A DNA stretch of 64,000 nt from Spirochaetes bacterium ADurb.Bin218 (lineage in GTDB: Bacteria; Spirochaetota; UBA4802; UBA5550): the NCBI GenBank assembly GCA_002069965.1, contig MWCI01000007.1, positions 873-64,872 on the forward strand, given 5' to 3'. Position 1 is the first letter of the stretch. Every line of letters begins with the position of its first letter. The notes below the pieces were generated by a model. That model made no database searches and was not told the origin of the DNA. It was given only the letters and a program-made list of their open reading frames with translations. The position numbers and the translations under genes were made by a program. This document shows positions 58,600 through 64,000 of this stretch, one piece after another.

Positions 58600-58760
58600 T
58601 TAATATTTATCTGGAATAAAATGCTCCAATATCCCCGCCATATTCGGCGCTTAGGATATTGAAAATAGTATTTATTACACTAAAAGATATCCCCGAGAAT
58701 TAATACTGAAACAGCATAATCATTACAATCACTTAAATCAATAGACGATGCCCCATCTAT
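58600..58760 (+). repeat. Intergenic element copy B (degenerate hairpin plus conserved blocks)
   Basis: Hairpin CAATATCC-CGCC..GGCG-GGATATTG at 58627-58661, then TTACACTAAAA, then AATTAATACTGA. The order and spacing match copy C. Confidence 0.7.
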
Positions 58761-58766
58761 ACTCTA

Positions 58767-59408
58767 TTAAATTAAGCTAAGGGCTCTCTCCTGTGACATA
58801 TTCCCTTGAGCTGAAATTGCTTCATAACTACTTTTTGCAATCATAGAAGCTGTGTTTCTATTGAGATTTTCAAAATCCTGAGCAGAGCCCGAAAGCCTTA
58901 TACCTGGAAAGGATAGTAAAGCCCTTTTTATTGTGCTATCAATTTTCTCAGCTTGAGACTCAAAGGTTTTAGTAAAGGAATTAAAGACCTCCGGGGATAT
59001 CTTTTCCCCTGAACTCATATCATCATAGGCTCTCATAAGTTCACCAGCTTCTCTGGTAAAGGAACCGCCAGAGACTCCTACAATTGGGGTAAAGATATTC
59101 TCTCCATAATTAGAGATAACGCTTTTAAATCCCGCAATATCTCCACCAACAAGATCAAATTCCACCTTGCCACCAGTCATAGTCTCAAAAGCCATACTTC
59201 TAAGCCTTGCTGAAATATCAATTGCCTTTTGAACTATCTGTCTTGATGTTTGAGCCATTGCCAGAGCCTCTGCTATTGCTCTGTCTCTTTGAACCTTTAA
59301 GCTTAAAGCTCTTTCTGTTGCAATATCTGAGGATACCTTTGCAGAAGATCTTTCAGTTGCATTACCACTTTTGAATGCAACAGTTGTAACATCCATTGTT
59401 ATTTTCAT
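58767..59408 (-). CDS. Hypothetical 213-aa protein with weak flagellin-terminus-like motifs
   Basis: GGGAGGGGG Shine-Dalgarno is present. The N-terminal region has MAQTSRQIVQKAIDISARLRSMA, and the C-terminal end has AISAQGNMSQERALSLI. See findings. Confidence 0.7.
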   Translation of the reverse strand: MKITMDVTTVAFKSGNATERSSAKVSSDIATERALSLKVQRDRAIAEALAMAQTSRQIVQKAIDISARLRSMAFETMTGGKVEFDLVGGDIAGFKSVISNYGENIFTPIVGVSGGSFTREAGELMRAYDDMSSGEKISPEVFNSFTKTFESQAEKIDSTIKRALLSFPGIRLSGSAQDFENLNRNTASMIAKSSYEAISAQGNMSQERALSLI

Positions 59409-59455
59409 AATACCCCCTCCCTGGTATTATTTTTGCTACTCTTATATAAAAACTT

Positions 59456-59770
59456 TTACGAAAGCAATTTCTCCAGCTTTTTAGCAGTTTCCTCATCAAC
59501 ATCTATAAATTCAATGCCCATGCCAGCTCTCTTTTCTGGAGATTCATCATTTCTTACCCATCGGACTATGCCCTTTACCTCAACCTCACCATCATCAGGG
59601 AGCATTACCGTCAGCTTAACACTTGCTCCATCACCAAGAGGTTCAGGTGTTGATATAAAAATGCCACCGCGACTTACATCAACTGCTGTGCTGCGAGAAA
59701 CAAAATCATCCCCTCTGACTTCAGATTTTATTTTTTTTGTTACCCTTGTGCTCTTTCTCTTTTCTGACAT
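59456..59770 (-). CDS. Stand-alone PilZ domain protein (c-di-GMP receptor)
   Basis: RKSTR is the RxxxR motif and DVSRGG is the D/NxSxxG motif. GGAGGGGGAAG Shine-Dalgarno is present. Confidence 0.85.
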   Translation of the reverse strand: MSEKRKSTRVTKKIKSEVRGDDFVSRSTAVDVSRGGIFISTPEPLGDGASVKLTVMLPDDGEVEVKGIVRWVRNDESPEKRAGMGIEFIDVDEETAKKLEKLLS

Positions 59771-59840
59771 CTTCCCCCTCCAGTAAAATCTCCACCACTT
59801 TTAACAATACAATAAAATGCAAAAAATTACAACTTTTTTT

Positions 59841-60030
59841 CAGTATTTATTCCTTAAGTTCTTGTAAAATAAAAATACTCTATTATCCCAGCCGCCTTCG
59901 GCGGCTGGGATAATATTTTCTTAATTTTACACTAAAAACTATATTTAGGAATAATTACTGACTTTTTTTTGCAAAGTGAAAGCTATTATTTAAATTGAAG
60001 CATTTTTATTCTTACCGCATGCCCATCTGC
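59841..60030 (+). repeat. Intergenic element copy C (GC-rich hairpin plus conserved blocks)
   Basis: A perfect ~14-bp hairpin TTATCCCAGCCGC(C)-TTC-(G)GCGGCTGGGATAA lies at 59882-59914, followed by TTACACTAAAA and AATAATTACTGA. The similarity to copy B continues into the 3' end of the 55-aa ORF. Confidence 0.7.
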
Positions 60031-60179
60031 AGTTTTTTCATCTTGCTTTTTATAAGATTAATCTCCTCAATCAAATTACCATAGGTGGAACTCATCCCCT
60101 TATTCTTTGCCTCCATGGCTTCCTGTTCTTTTCTTTTAAGGGATTGCTGTAGTTTTTCAAGAGTTTCCTTCTGTTCCAT
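60012..60179 (-). CDS. Unannotated 55-aa coiled-coil-like ORF (below the ORF-track cutoff)
   Basis: MEQKETLEKLQQSLKRKEQEAMEAKNKGMSSTYGNLIEEINLIKSKMKKLQMGMR*. GAGAGG lies 5 nt upstream of the ATG. It has its own strong promoter. Confidence 0.55.
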   Translation of the reverse strand: MEQKETLEKLQQSLKRKEQEAMEAKNKGMSSTYGNLIEEINLIKSKMKKLQMGMR

Positions 60180-60221
60180 AAAAACCTCTCAAAAGCGGGA
60201 TAATTTAAATGTGACATAAAA

Positions 60222-60286
60222 ATTCTGGAGTATATATTTATTTACATACTCCAGAATAGTATATAAAAGCAATATAATAATGTCAA
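60222..60286 (-). promoter_or_regulatory. Near-consensus promoter immediately followed by a perfect 12-bp inverted repeat
   Basis: On the minus strand: TTGACA (60286-60281), 17 nt, TATACT (60263-60258). ATTCTGGAGTAT, 12 nt, ATACTCCAGAAT (60257-60222) follows, and then TTTTTAT. Confidence 0.65.
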
Positions 60287-60321
60287 AAAATTTTTTAAAG
60301 CGGTAGAAAATTTTTTCCAAA

Positions 60322-60339
60322 AAAGCCCTACAGGGCTTT
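60322..60339 (-). terminator. purD terminator candidate overlapping the stop codon
   Basis: The minus strand reads AAAGCCC-TGTA-GGGCTTT followed by TTTGG. The stem includes the last codons and the TAG stop. Confidence 0.5.
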
Positions 60340-61563
60340 ATAACCTATATCCCTTCTATAAAAGGCTCCATCAAACTTTATCTTGTCTATTTGGGAATAG
60401 ATCTTTTCCTTCGCCTCTTTAAGTGAAGAGCCTGTTGCTGTTACATTAAGAACTCTACCTCCAGAGGATACTATTTGACCATTTTGCTCCTCTGTCCCTG
60501 CATGAAAGACCATGACATCCTGGACATCATTGAGACCTGAGATAACCTTATTCTTCTCATAGCTCCCTGGATATCCCCTTGATGCAATAACTGTGGTCAT
60601 GGCGTGCTCATTTTTGAACCTCACAGACACCTTATGAAGATTTCCATCAATGGCTGCCTTAAAGAGAGTACCAAGAGGAACATCAAGTAAAGGCAATATT
60701 ACCTGAGTTTCAGGATCGCCAAACCTTGCATTGAATTCAAGGACCTTTATGCCATTTTTTGTTACCATAACACCCGCATAGAGTATGCCAACAAAGGGAG
60801 CGCCTTCACTTCTTAAGCCATCAATTACAGGCTGCATTACTTCTTTTTGAATAAAATCCATTCTCTCTGAGGTGATTACCGGAGCAGGGGCATAGGCACC
60901 CATACCTCCAGTGTTTGGGCCTTTATCTCCATCAAAAACTCTTTTGTGATCTTGCGCTGCTATAAAAGGAATGACTGTAGTGCCATCAGAAATTCCAAGA
61001 ACAGAGGCCTCTTCTCCTTCAAGATATTCCTCTATATATACATCTGTTGATTCGCCAACATTTTCTTTTACAAAGGAAAATGCCTCTTCATAGTTTTCTG
61101 GTATAGCAACGCCTTTGCCAGCAGCAAGTCCGTCCAATTTTATGACCACAGGGAAGTGGCTCTTTTTTAAAAAATCCAGCAAATCACTCTGCCCTTTAAA
61201 ATCATAATGCTTTGCCGTTGGGACATTATACTTTTCCATTATTCTTTTGGCAAAGAGCTTGCTCCCTTCTATCATTGCAGCTGCCTTCTTTGGACCAAAG
61301 CATGGAACACCCCTGTCTATAAAAAAATCCACTATACCGGCAACAAGTGGAACCTCAGGCCCAACTACAACCATATCTATGGATTTTTCTTTCACAAATT
61401 TATAAAGCCCTTCAAAATCTGTTGCAGATATATTAACCCTGAAATTCTTATCTATGCCTCCATTACCTGGTGCAACGTAAACCTCACTGGCACTGCCATC
61501 ACTCATGAGTCTACAATAAATCGCATGTTCTCTGCCACCAGAACCAACTACAAGATATCGCAT
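60328..61563 (-). CDS. purD: Phosphoribosylamine-glycine ligase
   Basis: MRYLVVGSGGREHAI is the N-terminus, with an ATP-grasp body. I moved the start to ATG 61563 after GGAGAAAAAG. Confidence 0.9.
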   Translation of the reverse strand: MRYLVVGSGGREHAIYCRLMSDGSASEVYVAPGNGGIDKNFRVNISATDFEGLYKFVKEKSIDMVVVGPEVPLVAGIVDFFIDRGVPCFGPKKAAAMIEGSKLFAKRIMEKYNVPTAKHYDFKGQSDLLDFLKKSHFPVVIKLDGLAAGKGVAIPENYEEAFSFVKENVGESTDVYIEEYLEGEEASVLGISDGTTVIPFIAAQDHKRVFDGDKGPNTGGMGAYAPAPVITSERMDFIQKEVMQPVIDGLRSEGAPFVGILYAGVMVTKNGIKVLEFNARFGDPETQVILPLLDVPLGTLFKAAIDGNLHKVSVRFKNEHAMTTVIASRGYPGSYEKNKVISGLNDVQDVMVFHAGTEEQNGQIVSSGGRVLNVTATGSSLKEAKEKIYSQIDKIKFDGAFYRRDIGYKAL

Positions 61564-61642
61564 CTTTTTCTCCATTAACAAAGTATAAATTTCAATTTCT
61601 TCATCTCAATTTATTCCTTAACGCTTTTAAGTCAAGAAATGC

Positions 61643-61664
61643 TTTATTACCACAGGGTAATAAA
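61643..61664 (-). terminator. AT-rich hairpin downstream of the phosphohexomutase gene
   Basis: The minus strand reads TTTATTACC-CTGT-GGTAATAAA, a 9-bp perfect stem. Confidence 0.4.
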
Positions 61665-61692
61665 CCTCATTACTTCCTACTAAATGTCATTC

Positions 61693-63231
61693 TTAGGAAT
61701 TATCGTTGTTTTTTGCATATTTACTCAAAGAACTGTACTCTATATTTTCAAACCTTTTTAGAAAATCACAGAGTTTTACTGCTATATTTTTTACACCTCC
61801 AATTACCTCTGATTCAACATTTAAAGGCAAAACAGGATCATGAAGGGATAATCTCAACAAGAACCAGCCCTTTTCATCAATATTGGTACAAGAAACTCTA
61901 TAGCCCTCAAAATTCTTTTGAGCAGGAAGCCAACCATCTACAATAGACACATGTTTTTTAAACTCTTCTATGATTGCTTGCCCCTGAGCCTTAAAATCAT
62001 CATCCAGTAGTTTAATCCTGAATTCCTTTTCCTCAACAGGCAAAGGCATATCTTTTATTAGATCAAGGATACTCCTACCTTCCTTCCTGAGTAAAGCCGC
62101 TTTGATTATAATCTTAGCAGCCATATAAGCCCCATCATCCAGAAAATAATTTTCCTTCATTGCTCCATGACCTGAGGTCTCTATGGCAAGATAGCACTCC
62201 TCCCCTGATTCATTAAGCCTTATAGCTTCATTTATAACATTTTTATATCCTCTCTTAAATCTATGATGCCTGCCTCCAAGTATTTTTTCTATAAAATAAG
62301 TTAGCCCTTCAGAGGTTACTGAATCTGTAACTATAGTTGTTGATGGATGCTCCGCGAGAACTATGGCAGCCATTAAAGCTATGAGTTTATTCCTGTTGAT
62401 AATCTCTCCAGAAGAATCTACAATTGCAGAGCGATCCACATCTGTGTCAAAAATTATGCCAAGATCTGCCTTCGATTTTACAACTGCTTCCTGAATAGCC
62501 CTCATAGCCTCATCGTTTTCTGGATTTGGCTCATGATTTGGAAACATGCCATCTGGCTCCAGAAATTGACTACCCTTTGTATCTGCCCCAAGAACCTTTA
62601 AGACCTTCTCCACAAAAAAACCACCAGCGCCATTTCCAGCATCAACAACAATATGCATAGAATCTAAGGGGTTATTAAAATTTTCAGAAGCAACGCCTCT
62701 TTTTATAATATCCACAAATAAATTGGAATAAAGGCTCATGAGATCGAAACTACTTAATTCAGCCTTATCCATTGGCTCATTGCTAAAATTTTTAGAGGCA
62801 ATCGACAGAATTTCTGTTATATCCTCCTTTTCAAGTCCGCCATCGGATGTAAAAAATTTAAATCCATTCCTGTTAAAGGGCAGATGACTTGCTGTAATCA
62901 TAACAGAAGCTGCAAAATCTGTTTCCTTAAAAATAGTTCCCATAAACATAGCAGGGGTTGAAGCAAGGCCACAATCTATTACCTCTGCCCCTTCACTTTT
63001 AAGTCCACAGGCAATGGCCATGAGCAAATCCGGCCCAGAAATCCTTGAATCTCTTCCTACTCCAATTTTTATTTTTGAATTCCCATAGCCTTTATTTCTT
63101 AGCCATATAACAAAAGCCTTCCCTATTGCATATGCAACCTCTTTTGAAAGATTTGCCTCTTCATCTCCATGGCTAATGGCAATTCCTCTTATGTCAGAAC
63201 CATTTTGTAATTTATTCCACTGAAAAGTCAC
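61693..63231 (-). CDS. Phosphomannomutase/phosphoglucomutase-family phosphohexomutase
   Basis: TASHLPFNRNG is the active-site Ser loop, FDTDVDR is the metal loop and IETSGHG is the sugar loop. The start is GTG after GAGAGGTGAGAG. Confidence 0.85.
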   Translation of the reverse strand: MTFQWNKLQNGSDIRGIAISHGDEEANLSKEVAYAIGKAFVIWLRNKGYGNSKIKIGVGRDSRISGPDLLMAIACGLKSEGAEVIDCGLASTPAMFMGTIFKETDFAASVMITASHLPFNRNGFKFFTSDGGLEKEDITEILSIASKNFSNEPMDKAELSSFDLMSLYSNLFVDIIKRGVASENFNNPLDSMHIVVDAGNGAGGFFVEKVLKVLGADTKGSQFLEPDGMFPNHEPNPENDEAMRAIQEAVVKSKADLGIIFDTDVDRSAIVDSSGEIINRNKLIALMAAIVLAEHPSTTIVTDSVTSEGLTYFIEKILGGRHHRFKRGYKNVINEAIRLNESGEECYLAIETSGHGAMKENYFLDDGAYMAAKIIIKAALLRKEGRSILDLIKDMPLPVEEKEFRIKLLDDDFKAQGQAIIEEFKKHVSIVDGWLPAQKNFEGYRVSCTNIDEKGWFLLRLSLHDPVLPLNVESEVIGGVKNIAVKLCDFLKRFENIEYSSLSKYAKNNDNS

Positions 63232-63711
63232 CTCTCACCTCTCTTTTTAATTCTTATCTTCTTTACTCTTTCTTATATACAAATATACTTTCATTCCCTT
63301 TTGTAAATCCTTCAGTGAACCACTTATTAAATGACATTTTGAGTTAGAATTAATTTCCCTTAAATAGTTTTAAATATATTTTAACAGTATTTATTCCTTA
63401 ACTTCTTTTAATGTTTTATTCTCTATTTAAAATAATAGTCTTTCTTTTATATGAAATAAATTACAATAAGTCAACTTAAAACTTGTGCATATTTGCTTTT
63501 CAGATGACATGGGCTAAATTCTTTTTTTGTCAATTTATCATTGACATTGCACAAAAAAAGTTTTAGAGCTATTTAATTTTATTGACAATTTTTTATAAAA
63601 ATATTTATCTTTAAGTTTAGCTTCTCCGTGAGCTCTTATAGCTTTCAATTTAATACTAAAATTTTTATGTACTGATTTTCTCTTTAACTAAGAAAAACTA
63701 CTGAGGTTGTA

Positions 63712-64000
63712 ATGTCAAATAAAGCTAAAGCAAAAATATTTATCATCTGTCTTGTTCTTCTTGCTTATCCTTTTCTAAATGCAAAAGATCTGCTATTAAA
63801 AAGCAATAAGCTCGTTGAATATAAAGGCTATACAGGTCAATGGATTGACAACAACAATCCAGATGAATTGGACAAAATAATAAGCTTATACAGCTCTGGC
63901 GAAAGAGATGTTATATCGTTAAATGGTTCTGATTACAAGCTTAAGGACACAATTTTTATTCCTTTCTCTCAATCCTATATAGCTTTTATAAAAAATAAAG
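63712..64000 (+). CDS. Secreted protein, 5' part only (runs off the window)
   Basis: ATG follows GAGG. The signal peptide is IFIICLVLLAYPFLNA/KD. The frame is open to the window end, and the ORF is absent from the ORF track. Confidence 0.6.
   Translation, partial: MSNKAKAKIFIICLVLLAYPFLNAKDLLLKSNKLVEYKGYTGQWIDNNNPDELDKIISLYSSGERDVISLNGSDYKLKDTIFIPFSQSYIAFIKNK

Noticed and set aside
59841-59858. Reading AAGGAATAAAT as a sigma-H-type (AGGAWWW) or ECF-type -35 element.
   Set aside because: No matching -10 (GAAT or CGT) lies at the required spacing in any of the four copies.
57645-60300. Possible genomic island integrated at the tmRNA gene (orphan 262-aa gene, PilZ pair, repeated elements).
   Set aside because: There is no integrase or recombinase. 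I found no duplicated copy of the ssrA 3' end (TTCGACTCCCGCC..) downstream, and no clear compositional break by eye. The flanking repeats there are unrelated to ssrA.
63560-63571. GTTTTAGAGCTA, identical to the first 12 nt of the type II-A (Cas9) CRISPR repeat.
   Set aside because: It occurs once only. There is no repeat-spacer periodicity, no cas genes and no tracrRNA-like partner in the window. I treat it as a chance match in AT-rich promoter DNA.

Overview
The window is a densely coded, AT-rich stretch of bacterial chromosome, roughly one-third G+C judged by eye (not computed). I support about 60 protein genes on both strands, three tRNAs (Ser-UGA, Ser-GCU, Arg-ACG), a tmRNA, and a SAM-I riboswitch in front of metX-metW. 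I saw no rRNA, CRISPR array, transposase, integrase or recognisable prophage block. Housekeeping genes (argB, purM, purD, tmk, ruvA, metXW, Sua5/TsaC, SppA, rtcB-archease, RNA methyltransferases) are mixed with anaerobe-style metabolism and signalling. The metabolic genes include two tungsten/molybdenum aldehyde:ferredoxin oxidoreductase (AOR) paralogues and a B12-radical SAM enzyme. The signalling genes include a hybrid histidine kinase, CheX, PilZ and a degenerate GGDEF protein. I could not recognise a textbook novel multi-gene system such as a defence island, so the candidates below are ranked leads, not discoveries. (1) An orphan 917-aa protein has two discoidin domains, ten 32-aa tail-fibre-like repeats and no signal peptide; three of its repeats are almost identical 96-bp DNA copies, and a small overlapping operon lies upstream. 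(2) A stand-alone PilZ gene is coupled to a 213-aa protein with flagellin-like termini, and the pair is bracketed by two diverged copies of a ~150-nt hairpin-containing element. (3) An unannotated 55-aa ORF sits behind a near-consensus promoter gated by a perfect 12-bp inverted repeat. (4) A DUF4160/DUF2442 two-gene cassette is bracketed by 32-bp direct repeats. (5) An AOR/class-II-aldolase-like operon converges with, and overlaps, an SDR/acyl-CoA ligase/MaoC operon. (6) Several domain fusions and degenerate signalling domains are present. Several ORF-track start codons were moved to internal ATGs that have Shine-Dalgarno sequences. All family assignments come from motif recognition by eye, not from database searches.
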